Of a stretch of 64,000 bases of DNA, positions 18,409-27,279 are shown one piece after another. Made by a program: the position numbers and the translations under genes. Within the stretch, counting starts at the first letter, position 1, and each line of letters opens with the position of its first letter. The notes below the pieces were generated by a model that saw only the letters and a program-made list of their open reading frames with translations, did not search any database and was not told the origin of the DNA. Origin of the DNA: Dehalococcoidia bacterium (GTDB lineage Bacteria; Chloroflexota; Dehalococcoidia; Lucifugimonadales; UBA3495); contig OZ220473.1 in NCBI GenBank assembly GCA_965115955.1, positions 2,389,463-2,453,462 on the forward strand. Reading direction: 5' to 3'.

Positions 18409-19914
18409 CTATTCGAGGAACAACAGGTTCAGGCCCGGATACAGCGTTACGCCCCGAAACTCGACCGGCGTTTCCCCGCTGATGATGATCACCACTATCT
18501 GGCCGGCGGAAACCCCGGTCAGCGTGTTCATCCCCTCGCCTCGCAGCTCCGGGTCGTAGAACAGCCACGTCTGGGTTGCCGATTCCAGATGCCAGACCCG
18601 CACCAGCCGCGGCTCCAGCCCGCCGAACACTGCCGACGGCTCGCCGTCCGGCGTGACCGTCGGCGTTGGCGTAGCCTTTGGCATCGGCGTAGCTGTCGGC
18701 GCCGGTGTGCTGGCGGGCAGCAGCGTCGGCGTCGCTTCCCCCGTGGCAGGCCGCGACAAACCTATAGGCGTGGGCGTGTTCGTCGGCATAGTGGCCATGG
18801 GTGCGTTGGCGGGCGCCGTGGCGGCAGGGGGTGCGTTGGTCGGCATCGGCGTGCTGGTGGGCGCCGTTGTGGGGGTGGAGCTTTGCTCTGTGGGGGCGGC
18901 TCCATAGCCGGCGGGGTTGACGGCGCGGACCTGGAAAGCATACGCCGTGCCGTTGGTGAGGCCGGTGACTTCGTGGGAGGCGGTGTCTTTGTCGGAGCTG
19001 GGGATGTTTGTCCAGTCTCCGTAGGTTCGTCCGCCCCGCTTGCTGCGGTACTGCCAGCGGGTGATGGTATCGTCCCCGGGGTCGGTCCATCTGAGGGTTA
19101 CTTTGCCGGCGCCGGCGGTGGCGGAGAAGCCGGCGGGAGCGGCGGGGGCTGCCGTGGGGCTGGGCGACGAGGCTGAGACGAAGAACTGGATGTTGTTCGA
19201 AAATGCCCGCCAGCCTGGCCTTACGAAGCCGCCCAAAGCGTTGGGCTCTATATTGAGGCTAGATGTATATGTGCGCTCGTTGGTGAGGCCCGTCTGTATA
19301 TATGATCTCGTGGCGAAGTTTGTTGCGCCAGAGGGTATGAGAGTCCTTGCGCCCCAGTTTTCGCTTCCTCTCTTGAAGGCGATGCTCCAACTCTCGAACG
19401 CAGGAGAGGGGGCTGTGGGGCCGCTTAGCTCCCATCTGATGGTTGCCTGCCCGTTGCCGGCGGTTACGAAGAGGGTTATTAATGGGGCGGTAGGGGTTGC
19501 GGTTGCCTCTGCGGAGGCAACGCCGGCGCCGGTGGAGTTTCTAGCGCGAATCTTGAACCGGTGGGCAACGCCGGCGGCGAGGCCGGTTATCTCGACGCTG
19601 GTAGTGTCCTTGTGGGAGTTGGGAATCTCGGCCCAGGCACCGTAATCGGCGGTTCCCACTTTCTGCTGATATTCGTAGTAGTCGATGGTGTCGTTGTTGG
19701 GGTTGGTCCAGGCGAGGGTTGCCTTGCTGGGACCGGCGGTGGCGGTGAGCCCGGTTGGGGCAGCAGGGGTGGAGGCCTGGCCGGAGAGGGACGCAGGAAT
19801 GGATGCGCCGACTCGTCCAGAGGGGAAGAGGCTCATCGCGAGGATGAGGGCGATGAGAGCGGCGGCCAGGGGCATGCCGATCAGCTTGCGGTCGATGCTG
19901 CGCAGGATGCTCAT
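18409..19914 (-). CDS. paralog family member C: FN3-domain secreted protein with short PT stalk and conserved C-terminal domain
   Basis: 501 aa. [25 protein letters not shown].. anchor. FN3 signatures ([33 protein letters not shown]; [29 protein letters not shown]). C-terminus ..[61 protein letters not shown]. Confidence 0.85.
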   Translation of the reverse strand: MSILRSIDRKLIGMPLAAALIALILAMSLFPSGRVGASIPASLSGQASTPAAPTGLTATAGPSKATLAWTNPNNDTIDYYEYQQKVGTADYGAWAEIPNSHKDTTSVEITGLAAGVAHRFKIRARNSTGAGVASAEATATPTAPLITLFVTAGNGQATIRWELSGPTAPSPAFESWSIAFKRGSENWGARTLIPSGATNFATRSYIQTGLTNERTYTSSLNIEPNALGGFVRPGWRAFSNNIQFFVSASSPSPTAAPAAPAGFSATAGAGKVTLRWTDPGDDTITRWQYRSKRGGRTYGDWTNIPSSDKDTASHEVTGLTNGTAYAFQVRAVNPAGYGAAPTEQSSTPTTAPTSTPMPTNAPPAATAPANAPMATMPTNTPTPIGLSRPATGEATPTLLPASTPAPTATPMPKATPTPTVTPDGEPSAVFGGLEPRLVRVWHLESATQTWLFYDPELRGEGMNTLTGVSAGQIVVIIISGETPVEFRGVTLYPGLNLLFLE

Positions 19915-19943
19915 CAGCTAACCTCTATTCCGGAGAATCCTGC

Positions 19944-19958
19944 GGGGGGGGGGGGGGG
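19944..19958 (-). repeat. homopolymeric tract G15 (C15 on the coding strand) in the diverged leader of member C
   Basis: Counted directly. It lies inside an upstream ORF (..MKPHNIRSHRLSDTRESTPPPPRRILRNRG-TAG) that stops 3 nt before the main ATG. Confidence 0.95.
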
Positions 19959-20106
19959 TAGATTCTCTGGTATCTGATAACCGGTGCGAGCGGATGTTGT
20001 GTGGCTTCATTGCTTTTGCCCCTATGATGTCAGGATTACAGGCTTTGCCCATCCGATGCCTGGAAAGGGACGGTTGGCCGGCGCCCGCGCTGCCTGCTAC
20101 CAAATC

Positions 20107-20135
20107 AGTTTACTCCCGCAGGGGGCAGCAGTCAA
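20107..20135 (-). promoter_or_regulatory. promoter of member C (TTGACT-17-TAAACT)
   Basis: Minus-strand -35 at 20130-20135 and -10 at 20107-20112. A diverged version of the family promoter. Confidence 0.5.
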
Positions 20136-20232
20136 CGCCTGCGGACGGCGCAGATTTCCGTTTTTGCGGGATCGTTTTGCGGAATCGAAGGGGCGGCCCA
20201 CTCACGCCGCCCCCTGATGGTTTTCCGTCCGG

Positions 20233-20427
20233 TTATGCGGCCGCAGGCAACTGCTCGTTCTCCTCAAGCCAGACCGGGGCCGCCGGCCTGGGCCTGGCGG
20301 GCGTCGCAGGCTTGCTCTCCACGTCGCGCATCAGCCCGCACTGGAGGCAGCTCAAGAAGCTCCCGTAGCTGTCGCGGCTCAGCATAACGTCGCCCTGGCA
20401 CTTGGGACACGCGCCGAAGTATATCAT
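20233..20427 (-). CDS. small zinc-ribbon protein
   Basis: 64 aa. CPKC..17 aa..CLQC. Strong [14 protein letters not shown] 5 nt upstream of the ATG. Confidence 0.6.
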   Translation of the reverse strand: MIYFGACPKCQGDVMLSRDSYGSFLSCLQCGLMRDVESKPATPARPRPAAPVWLEENEQLPAAA

Positions 20428-20631
20428 AGAACACCTCCTCTCCCTGCGCGCTGGCGGCGCCGGGAGCCGCTCCTGGCGGTTTTATCCCCGCCTATCCCTG
20501 AAATCCGGCGGCCTTGAGCAGGTTTCCGCATTGAACGGAATCCCGGCGAAATGGACTGCCGCCGCTTTCATTCCCAATTGCTACGCCGGCTGAGTGATAT
20601 TGGATTCTTAATCTGCCGCGCCCCATACAGC

Positions 20632-20660
20632 TTGACACTTCATGTATCAAACCCTATCAT
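20632..20660 (+). promoter_or_regulatory. promoter of hspR-grpE-dnaK (TTGACA-17-TATCAT) with overlapping imperfect inverted repeat
   Basis: -35 at 20632-20637 and -10 at 20655-20660. TTGACAC-N5-GTATCAA (20632-20650) is a possible HspR operator with only a weak match to the HAIR consensus. Confidence 0.55.
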
Positions 20661-20700
20661 ATACATCAGAACAGGTCAATAGATTCAGAGGATATGAAGC

Positions 20701-21192
20701 ATGGCCCAGCAACGGCGTGTCCAGACGAAGCAGCAGACGGCGCGGGAGACCATTCCCGAGGGAGAAACGCCATCCCGCCCTGCGGACACGTCGATAATGC
20801 CTGCCGACCAGGGGCAGCGCCCAGGCAGGGAAGACGACGCCTTGATTGCGATGGAAGGCGTCTACATCATCAGCGTGGCCGCCCGGATTCTGGACATGCA
20901 CCCCCAAACGCTGCGGAAGTATGAGCGTCTGGGGCTTGTGAGGCCCGGCAGAACCCTGGGTATGCTCCGGCTGTACTCCAGAGAAGACATCCGGAAGCTG
21001 CGTCTCATCCGCCGCCTGTCCGACGAGATGGGGCTCAACCTCGCGGGGGTGGAGTTCGCCCTCGCCACGGTGCAGAATCTCCTCACGATGAAGCAGAGGC
21101 TGGCAGCCCGGATGGGGCCGGAAGCCGCCGAAGCGGTGGCCGAGGAACTGACTCTGCTTTTCCAAAGCCTTAACCTTCCCGTTGACCAGTGA
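20701..21192 (+). CDS. hspR: MerR-family heat-shock regulator (HspR-like)
   Basis: 163 aa. MerR HTH (YIISVAARILDMHPQTLRKYERLGLVRPGRT..RLYSREDIRKLRLIRRL). Directly upstream of grpE-dnaK. Confidence 0.65.
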   Translation: MAQQRRVQTKQQTARETIPEGETPSRPADTSIMPADQGQRPGREDDALIAMEGVYIISVAARILDMHPQTLRKYERLGLVRPGRTLGMLRLYSREDIRKLRLIRRLSDEMGLNLAGVEFALATVQNLLTMKQRLAARMGPEAAEAVAEELTLLFQSLNLPVDQ

Positions 21193-21235
21193 AATCCCCA
21201 CGGGGCAATCAGGAATTTTTCGAAGGAACAATTTG

Positions 21236-21862
21236 ATGTCCGACAAACAAGAACCGGGACCGGAACTGGGTCCAAAGGACGACAGCGCCCTGGGAAAGGC
21301 GGGCGAAACCGGGAATGGAGGCGCCGCGCCCGACGATGCGGCGGGTTTCGAGGAACTGACGCCGGAACTGAAAGCGGCGGCTTTGACGGAACGGGTTTTG
21401 ACGGAAAGACTGGAAGCCGCCGAAGCGGAAGCCGAAAAGTTCCGCAAAGAGGTCCAGTACAAGGAGGCCGAGCTGCAGACCCAGCGGCGCCGCTTTGCCG
21501 AGGAGCGCGCCGCCGCCGCCAGATACCGGGACGAAGACCTCCTCATCGACCTGCTCCCGGTCATTGAAGGGCTGGAACTGGCCCTGAATGCGGACTTCTC
21601 AGACCAGTGGGGCAAGGGCGTCAGGCTGGCCGTCCGGGAAATGAAGCGCTGCCTAGAAAGGCGGGGCGTGAGCCTGATCGACGATGCGGTCGGCCAGCCC
21701 TTTGACCCCAATGAACACGAGGCCCTGGCCCGGCAGGAGTCGGCGGAGCAGCCGCCAGACCACGTGATACAGCTGATCAGACCCGGCTACAGGCTGCATG
21801 ACCGCCTTCTTCGGGCCGCCCAGGTGATTGTGGCCCGCCCGCCGGAAAGCGGAGCAGCCTGA
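21236..21862 (+). CDS. grpE: nucleotide exchange factor GrpE
   Basis: Coiled-coil N-terminus followed by ..LLPVIEGLELAL.. and ..FDPNEHEAL..GYRLHDRLLRAAQVIV. ATG 21236 is preferred over the track start 21182. Confidence 0.88.
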   Translation: MSDKQEPGPELGPKDDSALGKAGETGNGGAAPDDAAGFEELTPELKAAALTERVLTERLEAAEAEAEKFRKEVQYKEAELQTQRRRFAEERAAAARYRDEDLLIDLLPVIEGLELALNADFSDQWGKGVRLAVREMKRCLERRGVSLIDDAVGQPFDPNEHEALARQESAEQPPDHVIQLIRPGYRLHDRLLRAAQVIVARPPESGAA

Positions 21863-21944
21863 ACACCCGGCCGGATGCCCCCGCAGGAATTCAGGAACCA
21901 TACTGCACAGTTGGACCAGATTATCATCTTAAGGAGAAGCAGAG

Positions 21945-23849
21945 ATGCCTAAAGTATTGGGCATAGACCTGGGAACCACCAACTCAGTCGCCGCCGTAAT
22001 AGAAGCAGGAGAACCGGGCGTTGTGGATAACGCAGAGGGCGCGCGTCTTACGCCGTCGGTGGTGGCGCTGAACACCCGCACCGGAGAGCGGTACGTAGGC
22101 CAGGTAGCCAAGCGCCAGGCGGTAACCAACCCGGAGAACACGCTGTTCTCCGTCAAGCGGCTGATGGGCCGCCGCTACGACGAGCCCGAGGTGCAGAGCG
22201 CCGCCGCCAAGCTCCCGTACCAGGTAGTGCCGGCGGCCAACGGCGACGCCCACGTCAAGATGGGGGAAGACATCTATGCCCCCCCGCAGATTTCATCCTT
22301 CATTCTGGCCAAAATCAGGCAGGACGCCGAAGCCAGGCTGGGAGAGCGCGTTACCCAGGCGGTCATCACTGTTCCCGCGTATTTCAACGACTCGCAGCGT
22401 CAGGCCACCAAGGACGCCGGCACCATCGCCGGCCTGGAAGTGCTGCGCATCATCAACGAGCCTACAGCCTCGTCCCTGGCCTATGGGCTGGACAAAACCC
22501 GCACCGACGCCAACATCGCCGTGTTCGACCTGGGCGGCGGCACCTTCGACATCACCATCCTGCAAATGGGCGAGGGCGTGTTCGAGGTCAAATCCACCAA
22601 CGGAGACACCTTCCTGGGGGGCGACGACTTCGATCAGGCCGTTCTGGACTGGCTGATCACAGAATTCCGCCGCGAGACGGGAATCGACCTTTCCGCGGAT
22701 CGCATGGCCCTGCAGCGCTTGCGCGACGCCGCAGAACGGGCCAAGGTGGAGCTCTCCAGCGTGGTCGAGACCGAGATCAACCTGCCGTTCATCACCGCCG
22801 ACGCCAGCGGGCCGCAGCACCTGGTGAAGTCGCTCACCAGAGGCCGGTTCGAGCAACTGGTCAGCCCTCTGATAGAACGCACCGCCGGGCCGTGCCAGCG
22901 GGCGCTGGCCGATTCAGGCCTGCCCGCCAGCCAGATCGACGAAGTAATCATGGTGGGCGGCATGTCCCGGATGCCGGCGGTGCAGGAGAAGGTCAAGCAG
23001 ATCTTCGGCAGGGAACCCAACCGCAACGTTAACCCCGACGAAGCAGTGGCTCTGGGAGCCGCGATCCAGGCCGGAGTGCTGGCCGGCGAAGTCGGCGATA
23101 TCGTGCTGCTGGACGTGACCCCCCTGACGCTGGGGCTGGAGACGCTGGGCAGCGTGATGACCACGCTCATCCCGCGCAATACCACCATACCGACGAAGGC
23201 GAACGAGACCTTCACGACTGCCGCCGACAGCCAGACGACCGTGGACATCCACGTGCTGCAGGGCGAGCGGAGCATGGCCGGAGACAACAAATCCATAGGG
23301 CGTTTCATGCTGGACGGCATCCTTCCGGCGCCCAGAGGCATCCCCCAGATCGACGTGACCTTCGACATAGACGCCAACGGCATCCTGAGCGTTTCCGCCC
23401 AGGACAAGGGCACCGGCAAGGAACAGCGCATCGTCATCCAGTCCGGTTCCGGCATGGATAAGACGGACATCGACCGGATGGTGGAGGAAGCCCGCCAGTA
23501 TGAGGCGGAAGACGTGAAGCGGCGGGCCGAGGTGGATACCCGCAACCAGGCCGACTCCATGGTGTATCAGGCCGAAAAGATGCTGAACGACAACGCCGAA
23601 AGCGTGCCGCAGGACCTGCGCTCGGACGTCCAGAGCAGGATCGACGCGCTTAAGGCCGCATCGGCTTCCGGCAGCGTGCCCGAGATGCAGACGGCCATCA
23701 ACGAGCTGAATGCTGCGCTGCAGCGTCTGGGCGAGGTTGTCTACAGCCGGAACACAGCCCAGAGCTCCGGCGCCCCCAGCCCCGGCGCCGGCGAAGCCGA
23801 ACCGCCCGACGACGCTGGCACCGTGGAGGGCGAATTCCGCGAAGTCTGA
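21945..23849 (+). CDS. dnaK: molecular chaperone DnaK (Hsp70)
   Basis: 634 aa. [17 protein letters not shown] and the full Hsp70 layout. Confidence 0.98.
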   Translation: MPKVLGIDLGTTNSVAAVIEAGEPGVVDNAEGARLTPSVVALNTRTGERYVGQVAKRQAVTNPENTLFSVKRLMGRRYDEPEVQSAAAKLPYQVVPAANGDAHVKMGEDIYAPPQISSFILAKIRQDAEARLGERVTQAVITVPAYFNDSQRQATKDAGTIAGLEVLRIINEPTASSLAYGLDKTRTDANIAVFDLGGGTFDITILQMGEGVFEVKSTNGDTFLGGDDFDQAVLDWLITEFRRETGIDLSADRMALQRLRDAAERAKVELSSVVETEINLPFITADASGPQHLVKSLTRGRFEQLVSPLIERTAGPCQRALADSGLPASQIDEVIMVGGMSRMPAVQEKVKQIFGREPNRNVNPDEAVALGAAIQAGVLAGEVGDIVLLDVTPLTLGLETLGSVMTTLIPRNTTIPTKANETFTTAADSQTTVDIHVLQGERSMAGDNKSIGRFMLDGILPAPRGIPQIDVTFDIDANGILSVSAQDKGTGKEQRIVIQSGSGMDKTDIDRMVEEARQYEAEDVKRRAEVDTRNQADSMVYQAEKMLNDNAESVPQDLRSDVQSRIDALKAASASGSVPEMQTAINELNAALQRLGEVVYSRNTAQSSGAPSPGAGEAEPPDDAGTVEGEFREV

Positions 23850-24103
23850 CCCTCTGCCGCACTGGGGCGGCCTTCAGCGGCAGTCCCCGAAAACGAACCG
23901 AAAACGAAACGGAGGGGCGCAAGTCCAATACCGGCTTGTTTCCCTTCCTTCCCCCAGGGTACTTCCTCCAGGATAATTCGTTCAGGAGAAGGTTAAATAA
24001 ACCGGGGGCGGCTTCCCAGACCAATTCCGAACGGAGCTATTCTTTGGTACAATGAGGCACAGGATTTGGGCGCAGCTTCAGGAACAACTGGGCGCACCCT
24101 CGG

Positions 24104-24445
24104 TTGAAAACGGACGGTGAACTCATGAATGCGCAGCCAGAACGAGCAGACAGAGAAGTATTGGGAGATGAGGGCGACTTCGCGCCTTCCATCGTCAACC
24201 CCGCAGTAAATCAGTGGCGGGTGGAAGGCGTAGACCTCGACCTTACCCCCCTGCAGCATCACTATCTGAGCCTGATGAAGCGCCTTATTGCGCTGAAGGA
24301 ACAGTATCAGGCCGACCCGGACGGCGAAGACTGGATGACGGCAGCCATCAGCAAGTCGATATTCTCGACCCTCCGGGACTGCATCGAGGCCAATGTGGGC
24401 GAGGAAGCCAAAGATCTGCTCAACCCCAGGCAACGGGTCGACTGA
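24104..24445 (+). CDS. hypothetical acidic protein
   Basis: 113-aa ORF. Extended -10 TGGTACAAT about 60 nt upstream. No family recognised. The start could be ATG 24125. Confidence 0.4.
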   Translation: MKTDGELMNAQPERADREVLGDEGDFAPSIVNPAVNQWRVEGVDLDLTPLQHHYLSLMKRLIALKEQYQADPDGEDWMTAAISKSIFSTLRDCIEANVGEEAKDLLNPRQRVD

Positions 24446-24492
24446 CTCGCTGCCGGAGTGTCCCTGAATCAGTCGGCCCCGGCCACAGGATG

Positions 24493-24521
24493 TTGACTGC
24501 TGGCCTCTGCGGTAATATACT
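24493..24521 (+). promoter_or_regulatory. promoter of member D (TTGACT-17-TATACT)
   Basis: -35 at 24493-24498 and -10 at 24516-24521. The left palindrome arm is absent in this copy. Confidence 0.6.
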
Positions 24522-24626
24522 GTCCCAGTCTTGGGAGTCGGGCCAGAGCTCCTGCGACTGCTGCATCAGGCATCCTTTCCAGGCATTCCCTGGCCGGGGG
24601 CTGAAATTCGGAGATGGTGAAAGTTA

Positions 24627-26915
24627 ATGACGCCAGACAAGTTCCGCCGGAGTAGAGCCGACAAATCCCCAGGGAGTACCCCCCCCCCCCCCCCGCAGCA
24701 TTACGGGCCCGGCGCTGCGATGATGGGCATCCTGCGCGGCATCGACCGCAAGCTGATCGGGATGGCCCTGGCCGCCGCCCTCATCTCCGCCCTCATCCTC
24801 GCGATGAGCCTCCTCCCCTCTGGGCGAGTCGGCGCATCCATTCCTGCTTCCCTCTCCAGCCAGGCCTCCACTCCCGCCGCCCCAACCGGCTTCACCGCCT
24901 CTGCCGGCCAAAGCAGAGTAAACCTCGCCTGGACCAACCCCGGCAACGCCACCATCGACTACTGGGAATACCAGCAGAAAGTGGGAGACGCCAACTACGG
25001 CTCCTGGGCCGAGATCCCCAACTCCCACAAAGACACCACCTGGGCCGAGATAACCGGCCTCGCCGCCGGCGTCGCCCACAAGTTCAAAATCCGCGCCAGG
25101 AACTCCGCCGGCAATGGCGCCGCGTCCGCAGAAGCGACCGCAACCCCCTCCGCACCGTCCCTGAGGCTCTTCGCAACCGCCGGCAACGGACAGGTAACCC
25201 TCAAATGGGAACTCTCCGGCCCCTACGCAGTGATTACGACGTGGAAAACTTGGGAATACAGCCTCTTTGAAGGTAACTCGTGGTCCAACCCGCTAAAGAT
25301 ATGCAGACAAGTTGAAAGTGGATCATGCCCCGGCGTCAGAACACATACCGTGTCCGGCCTCACCAACGGAAAAGAGTACCAGGTTGAAGTCAGCCTGACC
25401 CCCACCAGCCTCGCCAATGGGCTTGGAGACTTCGACGGGTTTTCAAACGCAGTGACATTCACCCCTTCGGCTTCGGCGCCCGTACCGGCGGGAACCCCCG
25501 CCGCCCCCGCCGGCTTTACCGCCAACGCCGGCGGCAGCAAAGTAACTCTCAGCTGGACCGACCCCGGCGACGAAACCATCGAAAACTGGCAGTACCGCAG
25601 CAAGCGAGGCGGACGCACCTACGGAGACTGGATAGAGATATCCAGCTCCGACAAAGACACCACCAGCCACGAAGTCACCGCTCTCACCAACGGCACGGCG
25701 TATGCTTTCCAGGTTCGCGCGGTCAACGGCGCCGGCTACGGAGCCGCCCCTGCAGAACAGAGCGCCACCCCAGCCCTCCCGCCAACCAGCACACCAACGC
25801 TGACACCAACCAACACCCCAATGCCAACATCGACCAACACGCCGGAGCCGACCAACACCAGCACGCCCACGCCAACATCGACCAACACGCCGGAGCCGAC
25901 CAACACCAGCACGCCCACGCCAACATCGACCAACACGCCGGAGCCGACCAACACCAGCACGCCCACGCCAACATCGACCAACACGCCGGAGCCGACCAAC
26001 ACGCCCACGCCAACATCGACCAACACGCCGGAGCCGACCAACACGCCCACGCCAACATCGACCAACACGCCGGAGCCGACCAACACGCCCACGCCAACAT
26101 CGACCAACACGCCGGAGCCGACCAACACGCCCACGCCAACATCGACCAACACGCCAGCGCCAACGAACGCGCCCTCCAACACGCCGGAGCCGACCAACAC
26201 GCCCACGCCAACATCGACCAACACGCCGGAGCCGACCAACACGCCGACGGCCACTCCGACTCCGACGCATACGCCGACAGCCACGCCGACGCCGACGCAT
26301 ACGCCGACGGCCACTCCAACGCCGACGCACACGCCGACAGCCACTCCGACGCCGACGCACACGCCGACAGCCACTCCGACGCCAACGCATACGCCGGCGC
26401 CGGCAGGTTCGCCGATGCCGTCGAACACGCCAACGGCGACCACGCCGCCGAACACGAACACGGCCACACCGGCAGGTTCGTCGAGCGCGGCCGCTGCCAC
26501 CACGCCGCCGAACACGAACACGCCGACGCGGACAGGTTCGTCGAGGGCGGACAGGGGGCCGACGCCGACGCTGCTGTCCGTCGGCGCGCCGACAGCCACG
26601 CCGATGCCAACGGCTGCGCCGATGCCGACGGCTGCGCCGGCGCCGGCGGACACGCCGATGCCGACGGTCACGCCGGACGGCGAGCCGTCGGCGGTGTTCG
26701 GGGGGCTGGGGCCGCGGCTGGCGAGGGTCTGGCATCTGGAATCGGCAACCCAGACGTGGCGGTTCTACGACCCGGAGCTGCGAGGCGAGGGGCTGAACAC
26801 GCTGACCGGGGTTTCCGCCGGCCAGATAGTGGTGATCATCATCAGCGGGGAAACGCCGGTCGAGTTTCGGGGCGTAACGCTGTATCCGGGCATGAACCTG
26901 GTGTTCCTCGAATAG
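24627..26915 (+). CDS. paralog family member D: FN3-domain secreted protein with long PT-repeat stalk and conserved C-terminal domain
   Basis: 762 aa. Leader ATG fused in frame ([43 protein letters not shown]..). Alternative start at 24720. The N-terminal about 150 aa are roughly 85% identical to member C. Confidence 0.85.
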   Translation: MTPDKFRRSRADKSPGSTPPPPPQHYGPGAAMMGILRGIDRKLIGMALAAALISALILAMSLLPSGRVGASIPASLSSQASTPAAPTGFTASAGQSRVNLAWTNPGNATIDYWEYQQKVGDANYGSWAEIPNSHKDTTWAEITGLAAGVAHKFKIRARNSAGNGAASAEATATPSAPSLRLFATAGNGQVTLKWELSGPYAVITTWKTWEYSLFEGNSWSNPLKICRQVESGSCPGVRTHTVSGLTNGKEYQVEVSLTPTSLANGLGDFDGFSNAVTFTPSASAPVPAGTPAAPAGFTANAGGSKVTLSWTDPGDETIENWQYRSKRGGRTYGDWIEISSSDKDTTSHEVTALTNGTAYAFQVRAVNGAGYGAAPAEQSATPALPPTSTPTLTPTNTPMPTSTNTPEPTNTSTPTPTSTNTPEPTNTSTPTPTSTNTPEPTNTSTPTPTSTNTPEPTNTPTPTSTNTPEPTNTPTPTSTNTPEPTNTPTPTSTNTPEPTNTPTPTSTNTPAPTNAPSNTPEPTNTPTPTSTNTPEPTNTPTATPTPTHTPTATPTPTHTPTATPTPTHTPTATPTPTHTPTATPTPTHTPAPAGSPMPSNTPTATTPPNTNTATPAGSSSAAAATTPPNTNTPTRTGSSRADRGPTPTLLSVGAPTATPMPTAAPMPTAAPAPADTPMPTVTPDGEPSAVFGGLGPRLARVWHLESATQTWRFYDPELRGEGLNTLTGVSAGQIVVIIISGETPVEFRGVTLYPGMNLVFLE
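24679..24694 (+). repeat. homopolymeric tract C16
   Basis: Counted directly. Confidence 0.95.
25824..26390. repeat. composite in-frame tandem repeats: 48-nt units, then 42-nt units, then 5 x 30-nt units (26241-26390)
   Basis: Encodes [16 protein letters not shown] x3, [14 protein letters not shown] x4 or more, and [10 protein letters not shown] x5. Confidence 0.85.
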
Positions 26916-26990
26916 AGCGGGGCTGCGACTGGAGCGTTCCCGTTGATAAATTCCCCCGTTGATAAAGAAGTAAAGCCGGTTCGCTGGCAG

Positions 26991-27024
26991 GTTGAAGGGG
27001 CGGCATCCGGGCCGCCCCTTCAAC
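26991..27024 (+). terminator. conserved GC hairpin of the family 3' unit (copy D)
   Basis: GTTGAAGGGGCGGC-ATCCGG-GCCGCCCCTTCAAC. Confidence 0.5.
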
Positions 27025-27143
27025 TTGCGCTTGCCTTACGGGGGCTTCGGCCGTCTGCTCGACGCCGTTGACTTGCATGGCGCTCTTCCGGCGGTAACTC
27101 CCGGCCGCGTCTTCCATTTCGCAACATCCGGCGGCATAGGATG

Positions 27144-27172
27144 TTGACTGCTGGCCTATGAGGTAATATACT
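27144..27172 (+). promoter_or_regulatory. promoter of member E (TTGACT-17-TATACT) with CAACATCC-N9-GGATGTTG palindrome (27122-27146) overlapping the -35
   Basis: Direct reading. Confidence 0.6.
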
Positions 27173-27279
27173 ATGCCAGTCTTGGGCGTCGGGCCAGGGC
27201 GTCTGCGACCGCTGCATCAGGCATCCTTATCCCAGGCATTCCCTGGCCGGGGGCTGAAATTCGGAGATGGTGAAAGTTA

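Noticed and set aside
18122-18559. Conserved ORFs running through the family promoter and leader regions in the opposite sense (18122-18559, 15655-15999, 27020-27217, 29305-29502, plus many 60-90 aa ORFs in the leaders)
   Set aside because: Their conservation is explained by duplication of the DNA unit. They cross the hairpin and promoter, lack SD sequences, and their frames are broken differently in different copies.
20647-21711. 354-aa minus-strand ORF opposite hspR and grpE
   Set aside because: It is antisense to two genes with clear family signatures. It is Ser/Ala/Arg-rich, which is typical of the antisense frame in high-GC DNA.
21863-21944. CIRCE (HrcA) operator upstream of dnaK
   Set aside because: No TTAGCACTC-N9-GAGTGCTAA-like inverted repeat is present in the grpE-dnaK spacer or upstream of hspR.
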